This document shows, in pieces, positions 1 to 8,679 of a stretch of 64,000 nt of DNA. The notes beneath the pieces were generated by a model. That model was not told where the DNA came from, searched no databases, and saw only the letters and a program-made list of their open reading frames with translations. The translations under genes were made by a program, and so were the position numbers. Every line of letters starts with the position of its first letter. The stretch's first letter is position 1. This stretch comes from Actinomycetes bacterium (GTDB lineage: Bacteria > Actinomycetota > Acidimicrobiia > Acidimicrobiales > JAMCQF01), in contig JAJZBS010000002.1 in NCBI GenBank assembly GCA_021851885.1, forward strand, positions 3,162 through 67,161, in the 5' to 3' direction.

Positions 1-137
1 CCCTCGGTGGGGAGGGCTACACGGTGCGCAACCCGTCCGATCTCGACGAGGTGCTCGGCGCCCTCCCGGACCGCACCAGGCCCGTGCTGGTCGACGTCAA
101 GATCGATCCTGACAAGGTGGTGACGGGTGGGCATTGA
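1..137 (+). CDS. ThDP-dependent enzyme, C-terminal fragment (5' end outside window)
   Basis: Frame 3 is open from the window edge: ...GEGYTVRNPSDLDEVLGALPDRTRPVLVDVKIDPDKVVTGGH, with TGA at 135-137. It resembles the C-terminal tail of acetolactate-synthase/benzoylformate-decarboxylase-type enzymes (family recall only). Confidence 0.45.
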   Translation, partial: LGGEGYTVRNPSDLDEVLGALPDRTRPVLVDVKIDPDKVVTGGH

Positions 138-158
138 CGCGGTTGGAGGGGTGCAGGC

Positions 159-708
159 ATGAGCGCCGGCCGACGGTGCGCGGTCCTCGGCCTGGGACCG
201 ATCGGGCTGTTGTTCTGCCACGTGCTGAAGCAACGCGGCGCTGCCCGGGTCACGGGTGTCGACCGCATCGGCCGGTCAGACGTGGCTGCGGACTTCGGCA
301 TCGATGACGAGCAGTGGGCGACGTCGGCCCAGTGGGCGGGCAAGCTCGGCGTGGAGCGGCCGGACGTCGTGATCGAAGCTGTGGGGCATCAGGTCTCTAC
401 GCCCCAGGATGCACCTGCCGCAGTGGCGCCGTCGGGGAAGATCTTCTCCTTCGGAGTGAAGGACAACGCCGTGTACCCATTCAAAAGGGCGCTGCTGCTT
501 CGCAAGAACCTCACCCTGATGTCCGGGGTCACCCTGGCAAACCCGGATGCCGGCAGAGGCGGCGGACTACCTGGACGTCCGTCCCGAGCTCGTCGAGCAC
601 TCGGTCACCGATCGCTTCGACCGTACCGACGTCCAGCGCGCCTGCGTGACCGCCGCCAAGCCGGCACCGGGCCGGCTCAAGGTCGTCGCTATGGTGAGCG
701 TACCGTGA
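159..708 (+). pseudogene. MDR/Zn-alcohol-dehydrogenase remnant (cofactor-binding half only, frameshifted)
   Basis: The ORF begins almost at the Rossmann motif (CAVLGLGPIGLL), with no catalytic N-terminal domain; the upstream gene stops only 22 nt earlier. Near 520-545 the family-like reading moves from frame 3 to frame 1 (...RMPAEAADYLDVRPELVEHSVTDRFDRTDVQRACVTAAKPAPGRLKVVAMVSVP, stop 706-708). Confidence 0.6.
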
Positions 709-751
709 TGGGTGCTCGGTCGGCCGTCGCCGGGCCTGAGACCTGACAGCT

Positions 752-1993
752 GTGGCTGACCGGAGCGCGAACGCTAGGGACGGCCGGACCTGGTTGGCTG
801 CGGCCGCCGCTGCCGCGGCCGCCCTGGCCATCTCGGTAGGGTTCGGCCGGTTCAGCTACGGGTTGGTCCTGCCGGCGATGGAGAAGAGCACGCTCGGGTC
901 GTTCGGGCGGGCGAGTTGGCTCAGCAGCATCAATCTGGGCGGGTACCTCATCGGGGTGATCCTGGTCACGGCGCTCGCGGGCCGCGTACCGGCCACGGTA
1001 CTGCTGCGGGCCGGACTGGCGGGCACGATCCTGGGCCTCGTCCTGCTGGCGATCAGCCCGTCGTTCGTCCCGCTGGCGTTGGCAATGGCCGTCGCCGGCA
1101 TCTCGTCGGGAGGCGTGTGGGTCCCGGTGACCGGCGTCGTCGCCGAAGTGGCACCCCCCAACCGGCAGGGGGTCGCCCTCGGCATCACGGTGGCGGGTGT
1201 CGGTATCGGGCTCGTCGCCTCCGACGTCATTGTCACCCTCGTGGGCAGTCACTTCGGACCGCAGAGCTGGCGGGCCGATTGGGGACTCGAAGCGGTCGGC
1301 GGTGTGATGGCGTTGGCGGTGACGGTTACGGTGATCCCGGCCGTGCACGGCACCGCCCGTGCGGCAGAGCGGAGTTGGCGCTCACTGCGCCGTCTCATCG
1401 ACCGCCGGGCCGTGCTGCTCGCCTACGGCGCCTACGGTCTCGGCTACGTCATCTACACGACCTTCCTGGTGGCGGGACTCGAGCGGAGCGGGCGGCTGGC
1501 GGCGAGCAGCGCCGGTGCCGTGTTCGCTCTGGTGGGTGTGACGAGCGCTCTGGGTGGCCCCGCGCTGGGCCGGCTCTCGGACCGCGTCGGCCGCCGCCCG
1601 ATGCTGGTGGCAGGCCAACTGACACTGGCACTGTGCTCGATCGTGCTGCCGACGCCCTCTCTCGTCCTCGCCCTGGCATCGGCAGCCGTGTTCGGCGTCC
1701 TGATGTCCGGCGTGGGCGCGACGGTGGTGGCACACCTGAGCGACAACGTCGAGCCGCACCACGTCCCCGGTGCGTTCGGCGTGCTCACGTTGGCCCTCGG
1801 TGCCGGCCAGTTCGTCGGGCCCGCCTTCGGCGGCTACCTCGTCGACGCCACCGGAGGGTTCCGGGCGACGTTTGCGGTGGCGGCCGGCGCCTTCGTTGTC
1901 GGTGCGGCCGCCGCCACGCGTCTGCGTCGCTCCCTGCCCGCCACGGAGGCTCCGGTGGCGGGTAGGGCGACGGTGGACCCCGGCGAGGACTGA
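752..1993 (+). CDS. MFS transporter
   Basis: 413-aa ORF with a GTG start, highly hydrophobic, about 12 predicted TM stretches, and an MFS-like loop (LGRLSDRVGRRPML). Confidence 0.8.
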   Translation: MADRSANARDGRTWLAAAAAAAAALAISVGFGRFSYGLVLPAMEKSTLGSFGRASWLSSINLGGYLIGVILVTALAGRVPATVLLRAGLAGTILGLVLLAISPSFVPLALAMAVAGISSGGVWVPVTGVVAEVAPPNRQGVALGITVAGVGIGLVASDVIVTLVGSHFGPQSWRADWGLEAVGGVMALAVTVTVIPAVHGTARAAERSWRSLRRLIDRRAVLLAYGAYGLGYVIYTTFLVAGLERSGRLAASSAGAVFALVGVTSALGGPALGRLSDRVGRRPMLVAGQLTLALCSIVLPTPSLVLALASAAVFGVLMSGVGATVVAHLSDNVEPHHVPGAFGVLTLALGAGQFVGPAFGGYLVDATGGFRATFAVAAGAFVVGAAAATRLRRSLPATEAPVAGRATVDPGED

Positions 1994-2066
1994 GCCGTCC
2001 CCCACGGGACACGAGGTGAGGCCCTGGTGGGTACGGGCAGGAGACGGGCTGCTCCGCCGGACCACC

Positions 2067-2828
2067 TCAGCGGTTGTCGAAGCCGCAGCCCTCGTCGACG
2101 CGGTAGCCCCGCACGCGGGCGAACGCTGGGCGCAGCAATTCCCGGACTGCCGGCTCTCCAAGGAAGTCCTCGGCCCACTCCTGCTGGTCGAAGTACAGCT
2201 CCAGGAACCCGATCTTGGTGCTCTTCTCCAGCACCCGCCCGACCGGTCGCTGGCCTGGCTCGTCGACGGGCTCGGTGGCCTGCTCTCGGGTCACCGTGTC
2301 CTGGACGAGCAGCCGTAGGCCGAAGTCGCGCTCGCGCGCGTGGGCCGCGAGTGCGTCGGCCAGAGCGTCGAAGCGGCGGCGGTCCAGGTCGACGCCGTCG
2401 GTGGGCCCGCTGACTCCGCTGCCACCGCCGTCACCCACCGGCGCACCGCTCGCCCGTTCGAGGTCGAACAGGTACTTGACCAGGGTGGTCTGGCCGCGCA
2501 GCTCGTCGATGACGACCCGCTCGTCCACGGTGAAGCTGCGAAGATCGCGCAGACAGTTCCGGTGGTCCTGGACCACCTGCTCCTGTTCGGCGGCCGACAG
2601 GCCGAGGCGCTGACCAGGGGCCAGGCGAAGGATCACCCAGCGCCAGGCGTCCGGGCGCTGGCCGAAGCCGCCGCGTACGTCGTAAGCGGCAGTGGCCCTG
2701 TCGATGTGATAGCTCACCATGTGGGGCCGGTCTCGAAGCAGGTGGCGGGCCCAGCGGGTGTGCACGTCTGAATAGTGGCGTTCACACTCGTCGATGCTGA
2801 GCGACCACAGCGGGTTGAAGCTCGACAT
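2067..2828 (-). CDS. Hypothetical protein (possibly EthD/dimeric alpha-beta-barrel-like)
   Basis: Coding-like composition from MSSFNPLWSLSIDECERHYSDVHTRWARHLL... The start is uncertain: ATG 2828 lacks an SD, and alternative ATGs lie at 2879 and 2867. I recognised no family motif with confidence. Confidence 0.5.
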   Translation of the reverse strand: MSSFNPLWSLSIDECERHYSDVHTRWARHLLRDRPHMVSYHIDRATAAYDVRGGFGQRPDAWRWVILRLAPGQRLGLSAAEQEQVVQDHRNCLRDLRSFTVDERVVIDELRGQTTLVKYLFDLERASGAPVGDGGGSGVSGPTDGVDLDRRRFDALADALAAHARERDFGLRLLVQDTVTREQATEPVDEPGQRPVGRVLEKSTKIGFLELYFDQQEWAEDFLGEPAVRELLRPAFARVRGYRVDEGCGFDNR

Positions 2829-2938
2829 GGTCTTGTCGAACGGTCCGGTCGGGACAGTGGTCCCCATCGGTCTCGCCATCGGGTCAGCGTCGGTCGACCC
2901 GCCTCCCTGGGGCCCAGCGCCGGACCCGACGGCCACGG

Positions 2939-3736
2939 CTACTTGCCTTCGAACGTGGGCGTGCGCTTCTCCAGGAACGCGCGGACGCCCTCGGGGAAGT
3001 CGTGGGTCTCCCACAGCTGGGAGACGAGCTCGCGCTCGAGGTCGAGCTGCTGGTCGAGGTCGTTGACCGTAGCCCGGTCGACGAGGGCGCGGGTCCGCAG
3101 GAGCGCCATCGGGGGGGTCCCGGCTACCGAATGGGCCAACTCGATGGCGCGCTCGGTCGCCTGTCCCTTCGGCACGACCTCCTCGGCCAGGCCTAGTGCC
3201 ACCAGTTCGTCGGCGAACAGTGCCCGGTTGCGGAGGATGAGCGAGAGCGCGCGGGCCCCTCCGAGCGCCCGGGTCAGTGCGTAGGAGACCCCGCCGTCCG
3301 GCGAAGCGCCGATGGCGAGGTACCCGGGCACGAGCTGGGCCGATTCGCTGGCCACGCGTAGGTCGGCTGCAAGGGCCAGCCCCATCCCGGCACCGACGGC
3401 GGGCCCCTCCACCGCGGCCACGATGGGGAAGGGGAGGCGTCGGACGACTCGCAGCGTCTGGTGGAGGTTGTCCACCAGCGGCGCAAGCACCGCAGCCGGA
3501 TCACCCTCCAGCGCCGAACGGACGAGAGCCAGGTCGGCGCCCGCGCAGAAGCACCGGCCCTCGCCGGTCAGGACAGCGGCGTGGGCACCCGCCTGCTCCA
3601 GATCGCCGAAAGCGGTACCGAGCTCCCGTACGAGGTCGACGCTCAGCGCGTTCATGGCGTCGGGGCGGTTGAGCGTCACGACGGCGACACCGCCGTCGAG
3701 GCGCTCCACGTTCACGTTGGTTGTAGAAGTCGGCAT
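2939..3736 (-). CDS. Enoyl-CoA hydratase/isomerase family protein
   Basis: MPTSTTNVNVERLDGGVAVVTLNRPDAMNAL...LTGEGRCFCAGADL is a crotonase signature. A GGAGG SD lies 6 nt before ATG 3736. Confidence 0.9.
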   Translation of the reverse strand: MPTSTTNVNVERLDGGVAVVTLNRPDAMNALSVDLVRELGTAFGDLEQAGAHAAVLTGEGRCFCAGADLALVRSALEGDPAAVLAPLVDNLHQTLRVVRRLPFPIVAAVEGPAVGAGMGLALAADLRVASESAQLVPGYLAIGASPDGGVSYALTRALGGARALSLILRNRALFADELVALGLAEEVVPKGQATERAIELAHSVAGTPPMALLRTRALVDRATVNDLDQQLDLERELVSQLWETHDFPEGVRAFLEKRTPTFEGK

Positions 3737-3774
3737 CTGGGAGCCTCCGATGGTTGCCCGCTCCTGGCCGGGGC

Positions 3775-4926
3775 TCAGGACAGGGCCTCGACGATTGTGG
3801 CGTTGGCCATCCCGCCGCCTTCGCACATCGTCTGCAGGCCGTAGCGGCCACCGGTGCGGCGGAGGTGGTGGATGAGCGTGGTCATGAGCCGGGCGCCCGT
3901 TGCGCCGAGCGGATGGCCGAGTGCGATGGCGCCGCCGAGGACGTTGGTTCGTTCGAGGCTCGCGCCCGTCTCCTTCGACCAGGCCAGCACCACGGGCGCG
4001 AACGCCTCGTTGATCTCGAAGAGGTCGATGTCGTCGATGGACATTCCTGCCTTTTCCAGGGCCGCCTGCGTGGCGGGGATGGGCCCGGTCAGCATGAAGA
4101 CGGGGTCGGATCCGACCACCGTCATGGTGTGGACCCGGGCGAGCGGGTGCAACCCGTAGCGTTCGACGGCGTCGGCTGACGCCACTAGGAGGGCGGCGGC
4201 ACCGTCGGAGATCTGGCTGGCTGCGGCAGCGGTGAGGCGTCCGCCGTCGACCAGGGTGGAGAGGCCCGCCATCTTCTCCAGGCTGGTGTCCTCACGGGGT
4301 CCCTCGTCGCGTCGCACATCGCCGTAGGGGGCGACCTCCTCCTCGAACAGGCCGTCGCGCCAGGCGGCGAGTGCCCGCTGGTGGCTGTCGTAGGCGAAGC
4401 GCTCCATGTCCTCCCGGGTGATGTCCCACTTCTCGGAGATCAGCTCCGCGCCGCGGAACTGCGAGATCTCCTGGTCGCCGTAGCGGGCGCGCCAGCCATC
4501 GCCGCCGAACGGCGTCCCCATGCCATTGGCCTCGCCCAGCAGGCCTGGGCTCGAGATGGGCACCATGCTCATGACCTCGACGCCACCGGCGACCACCAGG
4601 TCGTACACACCGGCCATGATTCCCTGGGCGGCGAAGTGGACCGCCTGCTGCGACGAGCCGCACTGACGGTCGATAGTCGTCCCTGGCACGTGCTCGGGGT
4701 AGCCGGCAGACAGCCAGGCGGTGCGGCCGATGTTGCCGAACTGGGCCCCCATCGCGTCGACGCAGCCGAAGATGACGTCGTCGACGGCCCCGGGGTCGAC
4801 CCCGGCCGCATCGATGACGGCCCGGATCGCGTGGGCTCCGAGGTCGGCGGGGTGCACGTGGCTGAGACCGCCGCCACGGCGGCCGACGGGCGAACGGTTG
4901 GCAGCGACGATGTAGGCGTCGGGCAT
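3775..4926 (-). CDS. Acetyl-CoA C-acyltransferase (thiolase)
   Basis: Starts MPDAYIVAANRSPVGRRGG. Active-site motifs are present: DRQCGSS, GHPLGATG, CEGGGMA. Confidence 0.92.
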   Translation of the reverse strand: MPDAYIVAANRSPVGRRGGGLSHVHPADLGAHAIRAVIDAAGVDPGAVDDVIFGCVDAMGAQFGNIGRTAWLSAGYPEHVPGTTIDRQCGSSQQAVHFAAQGIMAGVYDLVVAGGVEVMSMVPISSPGLLGEANGMGTPFGGDGWRARYGDQEISQFRGAELISEKWDITREDMERFAYDSHQRALAAWRDGLFEEEVAPYGDVRRDEGPREDTSLEKMAGLSTLVDGGRLTAAAASQISDGAAALLVASADAVERYGLHPLARVHTMTVVGSDPVFMLTGPIPATQAALEKAGMSIDDIDLFEINEAFAPVVLAWSKETGASLERTNVLGGAIALGHPLGATGARLMTTLIHHLRRTGGRYGLQTMCEGGGMANATIVEALS

Positions 4927-5097
4927 GGTGTCGTTTCCTTTTCTGTCGAGTTGCTCCGAAGGTTGTACTGGTCCCTGGGCCGGATACCGCATTGATGGCC
5001 GGCACTGGTGGCCGGCATCGTGGCCCCGGCCTGTCCGAAGTCAGCGGCTCGCCGTCACGGCCTCAGCTCCGTGGCGCCGGTCGTCCGCTGTCGCGGT

Positions 5098-6831
5098 CTA
5101 GTCCTGTCCGGCATCAGTGGCCGGCGTGTCGATGTCGTGGTCCCGGCGAGCTGCCAGGTGCTGGCTGGCAATGTAGGCGAAGGTGACGGCTGGCCCGATG
5201 GTGGCACCAGGGCCGGCATACTCGTGCCCCATCACCGCCGCCGACGTGTTGCCCGCCGCGTACAGGCCGGCGATGACGCTGCCGCCTTCGCGTAGCACGC
5301 GGGCGTGCTCGTCGGTCAGGAGGCCGCCCTTGGTCCCGAGGTCGCCAGGGACCACCTTGAGGGCGAAGAACGGGCCCGTCTCGATGGGGCCGAGGCACGG
5401 GTTGGGTCGCCGTGACGGATCGCCGTAGTAGCGGTCGTAGGCACTGTCACCCCGGCCGAAGTCCAGGTCGCGCCCGGTGCGGGCGAAGCTGTTGAAGCGC
5501 TCGACCGTCTGCACCAGGTTGTCGGCGGGGACCCCCATCTGGGCGGCGAGGTCCCGGATCGTGTCGGCCCGCTTCACCACGCCGGCCTCGAACCACGACG
5601 CGGCGATCCGTTGGCGCGGGAGGAAGCGTCCGAGCTTGTACCGGTTCCGGTACGTCTTGTCGACGATGAACCAGCTGGGGACGTGCGTCACACCCGTGGC
5701 CTCGCCCTCGTAGATGGCGTGACAGACGTTCACGTAGGGAGCGGACTCGTTGGTGAAGCGCTTCCCGGCGGAGTTGACCATCATCCCGCCGGGGGCCTGG
5801 CGCTCGGTCAGCAGGAAGTCGGACCGCCCTTCCGGGTTGAGGAGTCCGGGTCCCCACCAGGAGTCGTCCATCAGTGCGACGGCGGCGCCCAGTTCCATGC
5901 CGGCACGGATGCCATCGCCGGCGTTTCCCGGCGCACCGAGCGTCCAACGCGTGCTGGTGGGCGGCTGCTGGTATGTGCTGCGCATGTCGGCATCGCGCTC
6001 GAAGCCACCGCTGGCGAGGACGACCCCGAGCCGGGCCCGTACGCGGACGGGTGTGCCCTCCCGGTCGATGACCGCACCCACAACCTCGCCGTCGTCACCG
6101 GTGATGAGGGACTGCATCGACGTCTGCAGCCAGAGGGGAACGTCGTGCTCCACTAGCCCGGCACGCATCCCGGCGATGAGCATCTGCCCGCCCGACATGG
6201 CCATCTTCTTGCCCTGCAGCTTGGCCACCAGGCCGCGCAGTGCTAGGCGTACGGCCAGCACACGGGCCTTCCACGAGGTCCCGAACGTTCCGAGGTCGCG
6301 GGCTTCGTCGATGCGGATCCACATGCCGAACGGCTGGGGAACCATGGGTGTCGCCCGGCGCATCTGGGCAGCGGCGCTGCCGAGGACTCGGGTGTCGACG
6401 GCCCGCGGCTGGATTTGGCGGCCGTCGGTCGTCCCACCGGGGAGCTCAGGGTGGTAGTCCGGGTAGTCCTTCACCCAGTCGAAGCGGAGGTAGCGGCACT
6501 GCTTCTCGAGAAGGGCCACGGCCTTCGGGCCCTCGGACAGGAAGGCGGTGCGCCGCGCATCGCTGACGTCGTCGTCGTTCAGGGCCAGCACCGCGTCGAG
6601 GTAACGCCGTGCTGCCTCGGGCGTGTCGCGCATCCCCTGGCCCTGCAGCACCGGATTGTTGGGGATCCACATTCCCCCGCCGGAGTAGGCCGTGGTGCCG
6701 CCGTAGTACTTGGTCTTCTCGATGACGAGCGTGTTCAGTCCGAGCGAGGAGCTGGTCACCGCGGCCGCCAGGCCCGCTGCCCCGCTCCCGACGATCAGCG
6801 CGTCACACTCGTAGTCGTATGCGTCGGTCAT
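5098..6831 (-). CDS. FAD-dependent oxidoreductase, 3-oxosteroid 1-dehydrogenase (KstD)-like family
   Basis: Has the dinucleotide fold DALIVGSGAAGLAAA and YSGGGMWIPNN, about 577 aa. I chose ATG 6831 (AGGAG 10 nt upstream) over ATG 6840. Confidence 0.8.
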   Translation of the reverse strand: MTDAYDYECDALIVGSGAAGLAAAVTSSSLGLNTLVIEKTKYYGGTTAYSGGGMWIPNNPVLQGQGMRDTPEAARRYLDAVLALNDDDVSDARRTAFLSEGPKAVALLEKQCRYLRFDWVKDYPDYHPELPGGTTDGRQIQPRAVDTRVLGSAAAQMRRATPMVPQPFGMWIRIDEARDLGTFGTSWKARVLAVRLALRGLVAKLQGKKMAMSGGQMLIAGMRAGLVEHDVPLWLQTSMQSLITGDDGEVVGAVIDREGTPVRVRARLGVVLASGGFERDADMRSTYQQPPTSTRWTLGAPGNAGDGIRAGMELGAAVALMDDSWWGPGLLNPEGRSDFLLTERQAPGGMMVNSAGKRFTNESAPYVNVCHAIYEGEATGVTHVPSWFIVDKTYRNRYKLGRFLPRQRIAASWFEAGVVKRADTIRDLAAQMGVPADNLVQTVERFNSFARTGRDLDFGRGDSAYDRYYGDPSRRPNPCLGPIETGPFFALKVVPGDLGTKGGLLTDEHARVLREGGSVIAGLYAAGNTSAAVMGHEYAGPGATIGPAVTFAYIASQHLAARRDHDIDTPATDAGQD

Positions 6832-6883
6832 CGCAACCATGCTCCTGCAGCTAATGGCGGCACACCGGCCGCCCGCGAGTTCC

Positions 6884-6898
6884 TAACGTAACACGTTA
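6884..6898. promoter_or_regulatory. Dyad operator site O1 (ACGT-N3-ACGT family)
   Basis: TAACGTAACACGTTA with perfect 6+6 arms. It lies in the divergent region between the KstD-like gene (-) and the LLM gene (+), followed by AAATAATGAT. Confidence 0.6.
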
Positions 6899-7109
6899 AA
6901 TAATGATCCGCATCCCGCACGCTCAGGAGGGGCCCGGGACCGCTCTCGACGCCGTCCGGGTCGGATGCCGGTGCTATCTTCCGTTTCTCGGAAGATGGAG
7001 ATATCAGGGCGACGGCAGGTGTCGGCATCGGCTTCCTGGGCCATCCGGGGGGACGGGCGGTGGCCGGCGCCAGGAGAAAGGACCAGGACCGGTGGACGTT
7101 GGGATCGCC

Positions 7110-8174
7110 ATGGGGGCAGTGCCGCCGTTCGAGTCGATGCGGCGGCGGGTGGAGCGCAGTGCCGGAGGCGCGGTCGACTCGTTCTGGTGGCCCGACCACC
7201 TGGTCGCGTTCCACTCCCATTCTCTGTGGGCGACCGGCGCCCTGGCTGCCATCCAGCCGGACCCGCACGCCTACGCCGACCCGTTCGTGTGCATGGCGGC
7301 ATGCGCCCCGAGCGCAGGGGACGCGCTGGTAGGCGTCTGCGTGACCGACGCCGTCCGCCGCATGCCGGCGACGCTGGCGCAGACCGTCATGAGCCTCGAC
7401 CACCTTGCTCCCGGCCGCGTCGTGCTCGGCCTGGGCGCGGGGGAGCACGCCAACTACAGTCCCTACGGCTGGGAGGTCGCCTCGCCGGCCGGTCGGCTGG
7501 AGCAGGCGGCCGGGCAGATCCGCCGGCTGCTCGACGACGGCGCCGCCGACGAGAAGGGTGCGGTGCTCGGTCTGCGGCCGCCGGCCGGATCTCGGGGGCC
7601 GCAGCTGTGGATCGCCGCCCACGGGCCGCGGGGCTATTCGGTCGCCGGACGGTTCGGCGACGGATGGATCCCGAACTTCCTGTCACGGGACGCGTGGCAG
7701 GCCGGACGTCGGTCCGTCGCCGACGCGGCCCGGGAGGCGGGGCGCGACCCGAGCGCCCTCACCTATGCGTTGTCGGCCCAGGTGGTGGTGGCCGACACCC
7801 ACGAGGCCGCCCACCAGCTTCTGGAGCATCCGATCCTGCGGGCCTACGGGCTACTGCTCCCCCCGGAGCGCTTCGCCGAAGTTGGCGCCGACCATCCGCT
7901 CGGTGGGCATGGGCTGTCGCACCTGGTCGCCAGCCGGGACGACGGGAGCCAGCTCGCAGCGGCGAAGGCGGTCCCGTTCCCCGTGGTGCACGACTACTTC
8001 GTCCACGGCACACCGGAGGAGGTGGCGGCGCAAATCGGTGCCTACGACGAGCTCGACCACGCCGTCCTGTGGGACCCGGTGCCGCTGGTCGACCTCGGCG
8101 CCGCTCGCACCAGCGCCGCTGGGGTCGCCGAGATCGCCCGCATGCTGAAGGCGGGGGGCCGGCCCCAGGGCTGA
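7110..8174 (+). CDS. LLM-class (F420-dependent-type) oxidoreductase
   Basis: Luciferase-like monooxygenase-family sequence (...SLDHLAPGRVVLGLGAGE...GDGWIPNF...). The start is ATG 7110 or GTG 7092, with GGAGAAAGG upstream. Confidence 0.8.
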   Translation: MGAVPPFESMRRRVERSAGGAVDSFWWPDHLVAFHSHSLWATGALAAIQPDPHAYADPFVCMAACAPSAGDALVGVCVTDAVRRMPATLAQTVMSLDHLAPGRVVLGLGAGEHANYSPYGWEVASPAGRLEQAAGQIRRLLDDGAADEKGAVLGLRPPAGSRGPQLWIAAHGPRGYSVAGRFGDGWIPNFLSRDAWQAGRRSVADAAREAGRDPSALTYALSAQVVVADTHEAAHQLLEHPILRAYGLLLPPERFAEVGADHPLGGHGLSHLVASRDDGSQLAAAKAVPFPVVHDYFVHGTPEEVAAQIGAYDELDHAVLWDPVPLVDLGAARTSAAGVAEIARMLKAGGRPQG

Positions 8175-8199
8175 CCGAGGAGGTCGCCCGCCCGCTCGA

Positions 8200-8679
8200 T
8201 CAGCCGGCCGGCGGAGCGGGGGCGGCGTCGCGGCCGGCGTACGGGTAAGTGCGCCCCGGGACCTCATCGCGGCCGCGGTAGAGGAAGGCGAAGGTGCGGC
8301 TGGCGAAGCGCCACGCACCGTCGTGCCGTTCCAGGTCGTCTTCGTAGTAGCCGATGAACAGCGCACCTGCGCCTTCCGGGTCGCGTCCGTGCTCGGTCAG
8401 GTACCACCGGGCCGTGGCCCGGTCGCCGTGGAGGTCGACGACGCCCGAGTGGAGGAGCTGTACCAGGTGGGTGAACTGTCCCAGCAAGCCGGTGAGGCGG
8501 GCGGCGATGTCGTCGTGCCCCACGGTCTCGTCGACGCCGGGCACGATCCAACGTCCATCGGGAGCGAAGAGCGCCGCCATCTCGGTGGGGGAGCGGCGGT
8601 TCACCGCGTCGGTGAAGCGTTGCGCCAGGTCGCGGATGGCCAGCTCGTCTGCGATCTCGGTGTCGGTCAGTAGCGCCAT
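8200..8679 (-). CDS. NTF2/SnoaL-like domain protein
   Basis: 159 aa; IRDLAQRFTDAVNRRSPTEMAALFAPDGRW... is typical of SnoaL_4-type proteins. It overlaps the upstream gene's stop by 13 nt. Confidence 0.75.
   Translation of the reverse strand: MALLTDTEIADELAIRDLAQRFTDAVNRRSPTEMAALFAPDGRWIVPGVDETVGHDDIAARLTGLLGQFTHLVQLLHSGVVDLHGDRATARWYLTEHGRDPEGAGALFIGYYEDDLERHDGAWRFASRTFAFLYRGRDEVPGRTYPYAGRDAAPAPPAG

Noticed and set aside
4994-5015. Direct repeat tggccggca x2 with GCCGGC self-complementary cores in the thiolase/KstD-like intergenic region.
   Set aside because: It is a short GC-rich repeat of the kind expected by chance at this GC content. It could contribute to a weak terminator hairpin, but there is no further support.
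6884-6898. KstR-type operator (TnnAACnnGTTnnA) next to the KstD-like gene. Site O1 contains AACACGTT.
   Set aside because: The match arises only because the N3 spacer of this ACGT-N3-ACGT site happens to be AAC. The first consensus T is missing, and none of the other ~18 sites fits the KstR pattern. I treat it as a member of the ACGT dyad family.
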